From an uncultured Gemmatimonadales bacterium (GTDB taxonomy: Bacteria > Gemmatimonadota > Gemmatimonadetes > Gemmatimonadales > GWC2-71-9), in assembly GCA_963821525.1 (NCBI GenBank), contig CAWGED010000010.1, positions 1-64,000 on the forward strand: a stretch of DNA of 64,000 nt, written 5' to 3'. Positions 19,719-30,623 of this stretch are shown here, one piece after another. Every line of letters starts with the position of its first letter. Position 1 is the stretch's first letter. Both the position numbers and the translations under genes were made by a program. The notes beneath the pieces were generated by a model. The model did no database searches, had not been told where the DNA came from, and saw nothing but the letters and a program-made list of their open reading frames with translations.

Positions 19719-20162
19719 GTGAGAACATCCGTACGCATCTGGAATAGTGCCATGATCGCAGGTGTCGTCGCCTCCCTCGCCGCGTGTGCTGGCCACGTCT
19801 CTGGTGACCCCGTTCCGGCCGCGAGCTGCGAGTCAGGCGATACGGCCATGGTGCGAGACGTTCTGTACTTCGGGCGCAACCTTCCGGATGGGGGCGAGGT
19901 GAGCGACTCGAGCTGGCAGGCATTCCTGGACGAGGTGGTGACCCCGCGCTTTCCTGGCGGCCTGACGGTCGTCGAGGCGACGGGGCAATGGAAGGGCCAG
20001 AGCGGTCAGGTGGAACGGGAGCGAGCGGAGGTTGTGACGGTGCTCCACGCGGGTGACGCGCCGGCCCGTCGCGCGATCGCGGAGGTTGCCGCGGAGTACA
20101 AGCACCGGTTTCAGCAGGAGGCAGTGTTGCGCGAACGAAGCACGGCGTGCGCGCACTTTTAG
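19719..20162 (+). CDS. DUF3574 lipoprotein
   Basis: LAAC lipobox; LYFGR, FLDEVVTPRFPGGLTV and YKHRFQQEAV. Confidence 0.85.
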   Translation: MRTSVRIWNSAMIAGVVASLAACAGHVSGDPVPAASCESGDTAMVRDVLYFGRNLPDGGEVSDSSWQAFLDEVVTPRFPGGLTVVEATGQWKGQSGQVERERAEVVTVLHAGDAPARRAIAEVAAEYKHRFQQEAVLRERSTACAHF

Positions 20163-20205
20163 CGTGGGTCGGCGGAATCTGTTTGCGTCACCTCCACGGG
20201 ATCCC

Positions 20206-20658
20206 ATGCGACGGAACATTGCTGAGACCGCAGTCCTTGGCTCTCTTGTGGCGCGAATCGGTCGCGCCGCCCCCGACTGTTCCCGCTGTTGGGGCACAAT
20301 GAGCGTTCATCAAATGCTGGTCCATATTGGCGACGCATCCGCAGCGGCACTTGGCCAGCGCCCTTTCTCGGCGACCCCACGTCCTGGACCCAGGGCCGTC
20401 GTTCGATTCATCGCGCTGTACTTGCTGCCGCGCACGCCCCGCGGAATCAAATCAGGAGCCGAACCGGCCGCGAAGGCCCTCAACGCCGCGGCATTTGCCA
20501 GCGATCAGGAGCGAGCGATCGCGCTCCTGCGTCAAATGGCGGCGCCTGGACAGAGCTTCACAGCCGCCCATCCCGCGTTTGGTCCTATGACACGCAGCGA
20601 CTGGATGCGCTATGCCTACCTGCACACGGACCACCACCTGCGGCAGTTTGGGCTTTGA
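20206..20658 (+). CDS. DUF1569/DinB-like protein
   Basis: WGTMSVHQMLVH, HPAFGPM and HTDHHLRQFG. Confidence 0.85.
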   Translation: MRRNIAETAVLGSLVARIGRAAPDCSRCWGTMSVHQMLVHIGDASAAALGQRPFSATPRPGPRAVVRFIALYLLPRTPRGIKSGAEPAAKALNAAAFASDQERAIALLRQMAAPGQSFTAAHPAFGPMTRSDWMRYAYLHTDHHLRQFGL

Positions 20659-20726
20659 CCCGGCCGACTGCCTCCACCAACCGAGTGCTCGCCCTGCCCC
20701 CTGGACTGTCCCAGACAATCAGTCTT

Positions 20727-21386
20727 ATGTGTCGACCCCAACGCGCCGTCCCAGTCACTGTCTCCCAGCGACTCTTGTTGGTCTTCCTCCTCATCGGCCT
20801 CGGTGGCGCGACGACTCCTGGGCTCGCACAGGACCGGGCTCTGATCCCAGACAGTACCGTGGCCATTCCACCCCTCGAATTCGACAGCTCAGGGGCGCTC
20901 GTCATTCGTCCATCAGCCACGTCTTCACAGCACGATTTTGACTACCTCGTCGGAACGTGGAAGCTGAGGAACCGGAAGCTCACGTCCAGGCTCACGCACT
21001 CGACCGAATGGGTGGCGTTCGAGTCGCGGGTGGAAATGCACCAGATCCTGAATGGCTTGGGGAATATCGACAAGTACACGGACCAAGCCTCCGGGAAGCC
21101 GTACGAAGGCGTGGCCTTGCGACTGTTCAATCCGACGACTCGGCTGTGGAGCATTTACTGGGCAGACAGCAATACGGGGACGCTTGATCCGCCGGTGGTG
21201 GGATCCTTTGAGAACGGAATCGGCCACTTCTTCGCTCGGGATACCTACCGCGGGCGCCCCATCATCATGGTCTTTCGGTGGGACGTTCGGAATCCCGAGC
21301 TTCCCGTGTGGAGCCAAGCCTTCTCCGTGGACGAGGGCAAGACGTGGGAGTGGAACTCAATCAACGTGTCGGAACGCATTCGGTAG
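20727..21386 (+). CDS. secreted hypothetical protein (DUF1579-like)
   Basis: HDFDYLVGTW, WSIYWAD and WSQAFSVDEGKTWEWN. Confidence 0.75.
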   Translation: MCRPQRAVPVTVSQRLLLVFLLIGLGGATTPGLAQDRALIPDSTVAIPPLEFDSSGALVIRPSATSSQHDFDYLVGTWKLRNRKLTSRLTHSTEWVAFESRVEMHQILNGLGNIDKYTDQASGKPYEGVALRLFNPTTRLWSIYWADSNTGTLDPPVVGSFENGIGHFFARDTYRGRPIIMVFRWDVRNPELPVWSQAFSVDEGKTWEWNSINVSERIR

Positions 21387-21480
21387 ACTCCCCGCTCAGC
21401 GCCGCCCAACCATCGTGTGGCCCGTTGTTCGATCCCGCTGAACACACCCAGCTCACGCCGCCACAGTCGCGCTCGCAGCC

Positions 21481-21583
21481 GTCTACCCAGCGCTTATACC
21501 TGTCGGGCGCTAGCTTCTAAGCGAACCCATCCAGTTGTGGACTCTTACACTGGTCGCTCGCCGGTGAAGCGCGGGCGTCAGGG
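21481..21583 (+). repeat. attC family site (103 bp)
   Basis: GTCTACC-CAGCGCTTATACCTGTCGGGCG ... CGCTCGCCGGTGAAGCGCGGGC-GTCAGGG. Confidence 0.8.
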
Positions 21584-21610
21584 GGCCACCAGCTCTCGGA
21601 AGCTTACTCT

Positions 21611-21919
21611 ATGTTCGAACCTGAACGGGCCCTGCGTGTCGCCACGATCCTCACCATGATGAGTAATCCGCCAGGTGAGCGTCGGCAGCCTAAGGAAGGT
21701 GATCTCGCCGGGATATTCGATATCTGGTTTGATGGTGGCGCGGTGAAGCATGATAGCGTGATCAGCGTGTATCGATTCCTGGATGGTTCGACGGCCGTCA
21801 CGGGGACGGGCCCAAGGTTTTCTGTGCTGATCCAGTTGCCCGACGGTACGTTTGTGGAGGTGAAGGACAGGGACAGGACCAGCCTCCCCGGATTAGCACT
21901 CATGGACTTTGGCGCGTAG
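21611..21919 (+). CDS. hypothetical protein, duplicated cassette copy A
   Basis: 102 aa, near-identical to 27204-27515. Confidence 0.75.
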   Translation: MFEPERALRVATILTMMSNPPGERRQPKEGDLAGIFDIWFDGGAVKHDSVISVYRFLDGSTAVTGTGPRFSVLIQLPDGTFVEVKDRDRTSLPGLALMDFGA

Positions 21920-21923
21920 TCCT

Positions 21924-22571
21924 ATGCGCCTAATAGCACTGAGCGTCGGTCAGCCTCGGGTGGTGGAGTGGAAGGGCGAACAGGTCCTTACGTCGATCTT
22001 CAAGGAACCCGTGGCCGGCTCCCGCCGCGTACATCAGTTGAACGTCGACGGCGACAAGCAATCCGACCTCTCTGTGCACGGCGGGGCTGAGAAAGCTGTT
22101 TACGCGTATGCTTCCGAGCACTACCCGTATTGGTGCAGCGCGCTCAAGCTCCCGAGCCTGCCGTGGGGCGCCTTCGGCGAGAATCTCACCACGGCGGGCC
22201 TGGTCGAGTCCGAGGTAAACATCGGCGACCGGTATCGCATTGGAACCGCTGAGTTCCTGGTTACTCAGCCGAGAACGCCCTGCTACAAGCTGAATGTGCG
22301 GTTCGGTCGCGCGGATATGATCAAACGCTTCCACCAGAGTGGCCTGAGTGGGTTCTACCTGGGTGTGGTGACAGAAGGTGAGCTAGAGGCTGGAGCGGAC
22401 ATCGAGCAGACCTGGCGGGACGAGCGCGGCTTGAGCGTGGCGGATGTTGCCCGTCTGGTGGCAACTGATGAGGGCAACCAGGCCTTAGTCGAGAAGGCGA
22501 TCGAGCATCCGGCCCTGGCCGCCGGATGGCGGGAGTACTTCCGGCGTCGCCGCTGGAAGCCTGACCACTGA
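21924..22571 (+). CDS. MOSC domain protein (YiiM-like)
   Basis: GDKQSDLSVHGGAEKAVYAY, GAFGENLT and QPRTPCYKL. Confidence 0.9.
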   Translation: MRLIALSVGQPRVVEWKGEQVLTSIFKEPVAGSRRVHQLNVDGDKQSDLSVHGGAEKAVYAYASEHYPYWCSALKLPSLPWGAFGENLTTAGLVESEVNIGDRYRIGTAEFLVTQPRTPCYKLNVRFGRADMIKRFHQSGLSGFYLGVVTEGELEAGADIEQTWRDERGLSVADVARLVATDEGNQALVEKAIEHPALAAGWREYFRRRRWKPDH

Positions 22572-22607
22572 GACTCGCGCGGCCCGGCTACGGGTTGAAG
22601 CCGCCGG

Positions 22608-22675
22608 CGCCAACTTGCATCTTGCACACGCCGCGGTGCCACAGGGGTGCCGCAGGTTAACCTCGCGCCTCAGGC
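22608..22675 (+). repeat. degenerate attC-like site
   Basis: CGCCAAC..CTTGCAC..GCCGCAGGTTAA..CTCAGGC between two co-oriented genes. Confidence 0.4.
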
Positions 22676-22739
22676 TCGATGTCGGCTACGCGAGTCCCCC
22701 GCTTCTACAGCACCATTGGCAATCCTCGGAGGTGGCACC

Positions 22740-23126
22740 ATGTCTATGCACCCTTGGGCAAGGTTCGGACTCGCTCTGCCGGCACTCGCACTCGCTCTGG
22801 GTCTGTCCGGCTCCCTCGCGAGCCGATTCCCGGTTGGCAGTTACGACTCCGATGCCTACACCCTCACGTTCGACAGCACCGGCGCATTCCACTACCTGAA
22901 GGGGGACCGTCTGATGGTCCAGGGCGAGTATGTCGTGCACGACAGTACCGTTTTGCTCACCGACGAGAAGGGGAGCGATGCCTGTGTTGGGGCTGGCCGG
23001 AACCCGGGCACGTATCGCTGGAAGTTGGTCGATAGCACCTTGTGGTTCCACACCCTTCGCGATCCGTGCCCCGATCGGATTCGCGGGTTGGCAGACCAGG
23101 CTTGGCAGCCACACCGGGCCCCCTAG
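22740..23126 (+). CDS. secreted hypothetical protein
   Basis: GGAGG RBS; signal peptide; C..GTYRW..DPC. Confidence 0.7.
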   Translation: MSMHPWARFGLALPALALALGLSGSLASRFPVGSYDSDAYTLTFDSTGAFHYLKGDRLMVQGEYVVHDSTVLLTDEKGSDACVGAGRNPGTYRWKLVDSTLWFHTLRDPCPDRIRGLADQAWQPHRAP

Positions 23127-23358
23127 CCGATGCGCACCTGTCACCTCGCCCAACTGAACATCGGCCGCCATCACCTGAGACACGAGGGACCGACGCCCTA
23201 CGCCTTCACCTTTCAGCAACGTTTTGCGCCGCCCGATTCGGCAACCGACCCCGCAGACTCGCTTCCCGACGAGTGCCCCGCCACCTGACCAGCTCCTGAC
23301 CTGTCGGGTCTGCCTCGCCTGATGGCACAACAAATGGTCATCGAAGAAGGAGGTTGTT

Positions 23359-23736
23359 ATGAGCGTTCGGACTGTGGCCGGAAAATTCATGGAGCTGTGC
23401 AGCCAGGGGAAGCACTTCGAGTTCATGGGCAGCTTCTACGCGCCGGAGATGGTCTCCGTCGAAGGCGATGGCAGGGAATTCGTCGGCAAGGAGCCGGTCA
23501 TCCACAAATCGGAGGTCTTTCAGGGCAACAACACCTTCCACAGCCAGGATCTCCGGGGGCCCTTCTTCTGTGGCGACGCCAACGCGAGCTCCGGCCGGTT
23601 CGCTGTCTACACCGCGATCGAGTTCTCCCCCAAAGCAGGCGGTGAGCGCGTCAAGCACGAGGAAGTCGGCCTCTACACGGTCAAAAACGACCTCGTCACG
23701 CGTGAGGAGTTCTTCTACGATGGGTCGTTCATCTAG
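23359..23736 (+). CDS. SnoaL/NTF2-like protein
   Basis: AAGGAGG RBS; YAPEMVSVE and EVGLYTVKNDLVTREEFFY. Confidence 0.85.
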   Translation: MSVRTVAGKFMELCSQGKHFEFMGSFYAPEMVSVEGDGREFVGKEPVIHKSEVFQGNNTFHSQDLRGPFFCGDANASSGRFAVYTAIEFSPKAGGERVKHEEVGLYTVKNDLVTREEFFYDGSFI

Positions 23737-23929
23737 CAGCCCACTCCCAGGACAACGGATGCCCTCAGATACCACAGGCGCTCTCGGTAGAGCCCACCGA
23801 GGCGTTGCGGGGGGACTAGGGCACGCACGGTGACACGGCTGGCGAAGTCGGGGTTCAATCCCTAACGTACGATCGCGCACTCTTCACTGCGCTTCATACA
23901 ACTGTGCAGAGCGACGGGGGCCCCAGGCT

Positions 23930-24324
23930 ATGAACGCAACTGAAACCGCTTCACACCGCGCCAACCCCGAAGGGTTGAAAAGAAACCTCACTTCGATCAG
24001 CCCGTTCTTCATCGTGAATGACCTGCAGGCATCGATCTCCCACTACATCGAGCGTTTCGGCTTCCAGCTGGACTTCCAGGGTCCAGCCGACGACGTGTAC
24101 TATGGCCATGTGAGCCGGGACGGGATCGGGGGACCCGGCACGAATGGGCCCGCTGGGATGCCTACATCTACACCATGGATCCCGACGCGCTGTTCAAGGA
24201 GTTCAACCAGCGGGGTGCGTCGTTCGTGAAAGAGTTGTCGTTCATCGATGACGGCCTCTGGGGCTTCGAGGTCACCGATGCCGACGGATACGTCCTTGCC
24301 TTTTTTCGAGTCCGCAACGAGTAG
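23930..24324 (+). pseudogene. VOC-family gene with internal deletion and frameshift
   Basis: Paralog of the 15259 gene; the segment between SRDGIG and TRHEWARWDAY is missing and the frame changes near 24130. Confidence 0.75.
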
Positions 24325-24406
24325 TGGCTGCCGAGATATCGCAGGGTAATAACGAGTAAAGCTCGCGAGCGTTGGATGGCGAACGTCGCAATCGAGGGCA
24401 TCACGT

Positions 24407-24919
24407 ATGCGTCGGACGCTCCTATTCTCGCTGGGCCTGGTGCTCAGTGCTCACCGGCTGTCGGCCCAAGCGCTACCGCCCGACTCGGTGTTCGACCGTC
24501 TCATTGGACGCTGGGTACTGCGCGGCACCATCGCCCATCAGGAGACGACCCATGACGTGACGTTCGAGTGGATGCTCGGCCGCGAGTACGTGCAGATGCA
24601 CGAAGTCTCGCGCGAGCATGCCCCGAACGGCTCTCCGGCCTATGAGGCAGTGGTGCTCTTCGGTCGCGATCCGCGTACCGGCGAATATGGCTGCCTGTGG
24701 ATGGATAACACGGCCGCCAGCGCCTTCGACCCCGCCGGAATCGGTCGAGGCAGCGTGGTCGGCGACTCTCTCCCGTTTCTCTTCCGCTACACCGCGACCG
24801 ACGCCTTTCACACCACGTTTGTTTACGACCGTGCCGCAGATTCCTGGCAATGGCACATGGACAACGACAGCGCCGGGGTGCGTCGGCCTTTCGCTCGAGT
24901 GACACTGACGCGTCGCTGA
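24407..24919 (+). CDS. secreted hypothetical protein (DUF1579-like)
   Basis: Signal peptide; LIGRWVLRG and CLWMDNT; preceded by R'-like GTTGGAT at 24371. Confidence 0.7.
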   Translation: MRRTLLFSLGLVLSAHRLSAQALPPDSVFDRLIGRWVLRGTIAHQETTHDVTFEWMLGREYVQMHEVSREHAPNGSPAYEAVVLFGRDPRTGEYGCLWMDNTAASAFDPAGIGRGSVVGDSLPFLFRYTATDAFHTTFVYDRAADSWQWHMDNDSAGVRRPFARVTLTRR

Positions 24920-24929
24920 CCCGGCCTGC

Positions 24930-26695
24930 TCAGGGAACCGTGAAGCTCTTGGTGAGCTTGCCGTCTTGCCGCCGTTGTCGGTCACGGTCAAGGTCCACGT
25001 AAGAGTCTTGGATTTCTGGAAGGTCTTGGTGAAGGTCGCGAGCGTTGAAACCGTCCCGCCTTGAGCGTTGGTCCACTTGTAGGCGACGATGGTGCCGTCC
25101 GGATCGTGAGAGCCGGTGCCGTTGAAGGTGCAGACTGTGCGCCGGCGCGGGCTGGCAGCTGACCGTCCACGCCGCGACCGGCGGCTGGTTGGATGGGGGC
25201 GTGCTGCCCGGGATCACCCAGTTGGTCAGGACTCCCCGGGTACGATCGAAGCTGCCGCGTCCCCAGCGTTGCCTTCTCGACAAGGAACGCGATCGCGCCC
25301 ACTCCGCAGGGGCCCTTGTAGGTCCAGGTCACGACGCCGGAAGCGTTGGTGGTGCCGGTGACGGGGTTGTTGGTCCAGTAGTCGTCCAGGAAGCGGCCGC
25401 TGACCTGCACGTTTGCGAGCGGAGCTCCCGTTTCGCTGGTGATCGTCGCCGTCGCCGTGGTGAGGTTGTACATCTTCCCGCCCTGGAAGCAACTCCCCGG
25501 AAACGTCGGGTCCTGCACGAACTGCCCAGTCATCACCAGCGAGCTCGACACCAGGCAGTTGGCCCCGCATGCGGTGACCGGCGTCATCTTCATCAGCCGC
25601 TGACTGCGGCCGATCATGACCTGGGTCAGGATCTGCCCGGAGGCATTCATCGGGCCGCCGCCGCCGACGGTGACGCCGGGGTAGGCCGGCGAGAGCAGCG
25701 AAGCGAGGGTCTGGCCCAGGCCGGCGGGACCCGCGGCGATCATCCCGGTGCTGCCCACGGTGAAGCGTGACGTCCTGCGCCGCGTTGATCGACCCCATGC
25801 CGTAGCGCGACAGGTGGCCGGTGCCGAAGGTGGAGAGTCATCTGCCAGGTGCCGCCGTTGGACAGCCGGAACGGATACACCAGGTTCTGGGTGTTGATGG
25901 AGACCAGGAAATGGGCCTGGTCGCCGGCATCGTTGATGGCGCTGCCGTTGGATCCCGCCCCGACTGAACCCTCGCGGCGGGGCCGGCAGCGGCACGCACG
26001 CTGGCCGGATTACCCAGCTGGTACCAGTGGGTCCAGGTCACCACCTTGCCGCCCGGGCTCATGGCCGCCGGGCGCTCGTTAGGGTAGCCCAAGGCCTTGA
26101 GGTCCATCATGCCGGTCGCCTGGGACCACATGAAGGGCACAGTCAGCGTCGGGATCGCGCCGCCCAGCGTGGACCAGCCGACCATCCGGCCCTGGTCGTC
26201 GAGACCCAGGACATCGGCGCTCGACGTGCCAGGGAAGACGCCGAGATCCTGGGCGGTGTAGCCAGTGCCGTTCGGGGTCCAGACCGCCGCGTGCGTCGTG
26301 CTGCCGATGGACGCCCGCCTCGCCGCCGATCAGCGCCCGTGGTTGTTGATGAAGAAGGGGTACTGGTAGCTGATGGGAAACCCCGGGACGAGGGGCAGCA
26401 CGATCCGGTTGCCGCCGCGCCACACGACGATTTCTTCCGGCGGCAGGCAGAAGGGGCCGCAGCCGGTATCGGTATAGGACCTGCCAACCACGTCGCCGGC
26501 GTCGTTGAGATCATAGCCGGTCGCCGCGGTGGCGACGAAGTCGAGGGCGTACATCGAGGCCACGACGCTCGCCGCCGCGAGGGCCGGTGGCGGGGCGGCT
26601 TCCTTAGGTGGTTCGAGCGAGTTGTTGCTGCAGCCTACAATCGCCAGGCTGGTGAGGATCGCCGCGGCGAGCCACCGTTCGGATCGGCTTAGCAT
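24930..26695 (-). pseudogene. lipoprotein with extracellular repeats and C-terminal PKD-like domain, multiply frameshifted
   Basis: LAIVGC lipobox; (I/L)N.AG-type repeats; NQPPVA..FNGTGSHDPDGTIVAYKW; at least 5 frame breaks. Confidence 0.7.
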
Positions 26696-27074
26696 TGCTC
26701 CCTCCTTGGATCATCCCGATGGTGTTCGCCTGATTCGGGCGACCTGACTGTGTCCTTAGTTTCGAGCGGATGGACTGACGCGGTAGAGTATTCTGGCAAT
26801 CGTTGCCGTTCGCCGCGGTGTTGAATGACCCACGCTATGCGCCGACGGATGAGATTTTGGTGAGCCCAGTATGAAACTTCTGCGCGGGGATCCGTCTCTG
26901 TCCAAGATGTGTGGTCGGGCGTCTCTAACAAATCGCTCGTAAGATGGATAAGACGATGCAACGAAAAGTGGCATCAGGGGGAGGGCTGTCACGTCCTGAG
27001 GCATCCGGGCTATCACAATACGATGCACTGCGCCTGCTGGTCTTCCCTCTGGTCTCGTTGCTAACCGTGGGTCT

Positions 27075-27177
27075 GCCTGACGCAGCGCCCCCACCTGACG
27101 GCGCTGTATTCTTAAGCAAGCGAGCCAGTTGTTGACTCGTACACTCGTCGCCCGCAGATGAAGCACGGGCGTTAGGC
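27075..27177 (+). repeat. attC family site (103 bp)
   Basis: GCCTGAC-GCAGCGCCCCCACCTGACGGCG ... CGCCCGCAGATGAAGCACGGGC-GTTAGGC. Confidence 0.85.
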
Positions 27178-27203
27178 GGCCACCAGCTCTAGGAGCTTAC
27201 TCC

Positions 27204-27515
27204 ATGTTCGAACCTGAACGGGCCCTACGTGTCGCCACAATCCTCACGCTGATGAGTAATCCGCCAGACGAGCGTCGGCAGCCTAAGGAAAGTGACCTCG
27301 CTGGCATATTCGATATCTGGTTTGATGGTGGCGCGGTGAAGCATGATGGCGGGACCAGTATGTATCGATTCCTGGATGGTTCGTCGGCTGTCACCGGGAC
27401 GGGCCCGAGGTTTTCTGTGCTGATCCAATTGCCCGACGGTACATTTGTGGAGGTGAAGGACAGGGACAGGACAAGCCTCCCTGGGTTAGCCCTAATGGAC
27501 TTTGGCGCGCCGTAG
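27204..27515 (+). CDS. hypothetical protein, duplicated cassette copy B
   Basis: 103 aa, near-identical to 21611-21919; AGGAG RBS. Confidence 0.75.
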   Translation: MFEPERALRVATILTLMSNPPDERRQPKESDLAGIFDIWFDGGAVKHDGGTSMYRFLDGSSAVTGTGPRFSVLIQLPDGTFVEVKDRDRTSLPGLALMDFGAP

Positions 27516-27574
27516 TCCCACCCCTCCCCTGCTTCTGAGAGTATGTTTAGGTACTCATCGAAGGCACGGTCCGC

Positions 27575-27892
27575 ATGGATCCACAACTCAGCGGGTTTGC
27601 GCTCGGGCTGCTCTTTGGCGCCGCGAAAATCGGTGCCATTGGGACCATTGGCTTTGCGATCGTCTGGTGGCGCACTCGGCGCAGGCTGCAGCGTTTGGAG
27701 AGTGTCCTCCCGGACCCCGGCGTGCTGGAAGAGCGGCTGGCCAACCTCGAGCGGAACTCGGACTACATCGGTGCCAAGCTCGCGGAACTGGCGGAGGCGC
27801 AGACCCAGGTGCTCCGGCAGCTCGGCGCCGGGAGTCTCCCAGAGCCGGCGCAACTCGACGACCCGATTCGGACTCCGGCGACGCCTCATTAG
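27575..27892 (+). CDS. hypothetical membrane-anchored coiled-coil protein
   Basis: N-terminal TM segment, then LEERLANLERNSDYI. Confidence 0.65.
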   Translation: MDPQLSGFALGLLFGAAKIGAIGTIGFAIVWWRTRRRLQRLESVLPDPGVLEERLANLERNSDYIGAKLAELAEAQTQVLRQLGAGSLPEPAQLDDPIRTPATPH

Positions 27893-27902
27893 AGTTGTTC
27901 GA

Positions 27903-27957
27903 GCCTATCTACAGCAGGAAGCGTGACGACCCGCAGGTGAAGCGCGGGGCGTCAGGC
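27903..27957 (+). repeat. internally deleted attC family site
   Basis: GCCTATC..GGAAGC..CCCGCAGGTGAAGCGCGGGGC-GTCAGGC. Confidence 0.7.
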
Positions 27958-28099
27958 GGCTACGTAGCGTCATACCACTTTCGATCGAAGGTTTTTCGCC
28001 AGAGGACGTCCCAGCTCTCTGTCGTCGGCGTTGAGGGCATTCTTCCTTCGCTGGTCTGATTGGCCGTTCTGCAGGGTCGCGCAACCTGGAGCAGATCGC

Positions 28100-30120
28100 A
28101 TGGCTCGAATGATGGAGGCAAGGCGGCAGGTATTCGGGATTCTGGCCACTGGTGCTTGCTATTATCTGGCGACGCGAATCGCCTGGGTGCTGTGTTTTCC
28201 CGACAGCAAGGTATCCCTTTTCTTTCCTCCGCACGCGGTCCTCGTTTCCATTCTGCTGCTCGTCCCCACCCGGCACTGGTGGGCCTACACGCTGGCCGCC
28301 GCTGGCAGTCACTACTTCGCCACGCAGCAGGCGCATTGGCCGCCTCTCTATGCACTGCAATGCGAGGCTTTCGATGCCGTGAAGAATGTTTTGACGGCCG
28401 CCGGGATTCGCGTGTTCATCAAGTCGCCGTTCCATCTCATCAGCCTTCGTGAAGCCATCATCTTTGTCCTGATCGCGGTGGTCATCGTTCCTGTTCGGGA
28501 CGGCCTTCTGGGGGGCCGCCTTCACCGTCTCCAATCACTTTGGAACTCACTACTGGGTCGAATGGCGCAATCTCAGCATCTCGAATGGAGTGACGGCGAT
28601 CGTGCTGGTGCCGGTCATCCTGATTGGCGTCCACCAGCTATCCACAAAAGGGTTCAAAGCCGCACCCAGGCGCATTCTGGAAGCATGCTTCCTTGCCGCG
28701 GGCATTCTCGCGGTCGGATACGTCGCCTTCAATCGGTCGCCTGCGGGACCGGACACTTCGCCCGCGCTCCTCTATGCACCCGTTCCCCTGCTCATCTGGG
28801 CGGCCCTCCGCTTTGGGCTTGGAGGCATCAGCGCCTCCATGCTGGTCATCACGATCCTGGCGATCTGGGGAACGATGCAGGGACGCGGGCCGTTCCTGAC
28901 GCAAACCCCCGCGGAAAACGCGCTGGCCCTGCAGTTGTTCCTCCTGATGGCGGCCACTCCACTGATGTTGCTCGCGGTCGCCATCGATGACGAAAGACGG
29001 TCGAAGGAGGCGTTGCGCGTCAGCGAGGAGCGCATGAGCCTGGCGGTGGAGAGCGCGCAGTTGGCGCTGTGGGATTGGGACGTGGCGAACGACAGGGTCT
29101 GGATGACGGACGAAGGACGGAAGTTCTTCGGCTTCGAGCCGGGCGAACCCATTCGATCACGCCAACCTGGCCGGACGCGTCCATCCCGACGATAGCGCCG
29201 TGCGTGCGGCGGCGATCCAGCACGCGCTGGCGACTGGCGGTTCTTATGAGGCGGAGTATCGCATCATCCTGCCCGATGGCTCGGTGCGATGGATCGCCGC
29301 GCGCGGCCGCAGCCCAAGCCCCGCCGTAAATGACGCACCTCCGCGAATACTCGGCGTCTCGATGGACATCACGCGCCAAAAGCAGGCTGGTGCGGAGGCG
29401 CAGCTGCAGCGGGAGGAGCTGGCGCATCTTTCCCGCGTGGCCACCCTGAGCGCGCTCTCGGGTTCCCTCGCGCACGAGTTGAGCCAGCCGCTCGCCAGCA
29501 TCCTCAGCAATGCGCAGGCGGGCCAGCGCTTCATGTCGCAGGACGCGCCCGACCTCGTCGAGCTTCGCGCCATCTTCGCGGACATCGTCAGCGCGGACCG
29601 CCGCGCCGGAGAGATCATCGAGCGCCTGCGCACCATGCTGCGCCGCGGCGAGGTCGCGCTCCAGCCGGTGAGTGTGAATGAGAGTCTCGAAGAACTGCTC
29701 CGCCTCACCCGCAGCGATCTCATTGCGCGCGGTGTCTCCGTCTCGAATCTCACCACCGGCGACCTTCCCCCGGCCATGACGGATCGCGTGCAACTCCAGC
29801 AGGTCCTCCTCAACCTGATCGTGAACGCGTGCGATGCCATGGAATCGAATCCACCGGAAGACCGCAACCTCACGCTCACGACTTCCATCGCGCAGAACGA
29901 GATGCGCATCGGCGTGCTGGACTGCGGAGTCGGTTTGCCGGACGACGTTGAGACCTTGTTTCAGCCGTTCCACACCACCAAGGATGGCGGCTTGGGCATG
30001 GGCCTTTCGATCTGCCGCACACTGGTGACCTCGCACGGCGGGAGGCTGTGGGCGGAGCGCAGGGCCGAGCGCGGCGCCGCATTCTATGTCGCGCTGCCTC
30101 TGGCCAAGGAGGACGCATGA
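28100..30120 (+). CDS. MASE1-PAS sensor histidine kinase (two frameshifts)
   Basis: MASE1-like TM region, WDWD/HPDD PAS motifs, LAHELSQPL, QQVLLNLIVNA and GLGMGLSIC; breaks near 28495 and 29155. Confidence 0.85.
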
Positions 30121-30623
30121 TCGACGCGGCCACCATCGGCATCGTCGAGGAGCCCTTCTTGCGAGCCCGCCAGCGTTACGGAGCGTTCCTCGCAATTCAT
30201 CGACATTCAGCAATCCTCGTGACCACACTAGTTCTCGCGGCCTGCGGCTCGGCTCCCCGCACGCGCAGTGACTCCGATCGGCCGACCACGGCAGTGGACT
30301 CCGTCGTACAATTCTTGATCGCGGCAGCCGCTACCGACTTTCACGCCCACCGACCACCAGATCCTGCCCGCTTTCGTGACGTGCGTGTCGGGCACGCCAA
30401 GACTCCCAGTGGCGAAGAGCAGTACCGGCTGTGCGGCCAGTTCTTACCGGCGCAGGATGAGGGCAAGGCCAAATGGACGTCTTTCGTGACGATCAAGACG
30501 TCGGGTTACGAACAGTGGATTGGGGCTCAAGCCGCAGGATTCTGCCAGGACTCGTCGGTCACCTGGGACCAGATGGGCGATCTGTCGTCCTCGTTGCAGA
30601 GCCGGCTCGATTCTCTGCGATAG
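30117..30623 (+). CDS. hypothetical lipoprotein
   Basis: LAAC lipobox; true start probably downstream of 30117. Confidence 0.65.
   Translation: MIDAATIGIVEEPFLRARQRYGAFLAIHRHSAILVTTLVLAACGSAPRTRSDSDRPTTAVDSVVQFLIAAAATDFHAHRPPDPARFRDVRVGHAKTPSGEEQYRLCGQFLPAQDEGKAKWTSFVTIKTSGYEQWIGAQAAGFCQDSSVTWDQMGDLSSSLQSRLDSLR

Noticed and set aside
26923..26940. CTCTAAC-AAATCGCTC resembling an attC left arm
   Set aside because: No complementary right arm and no clear upstream gene.
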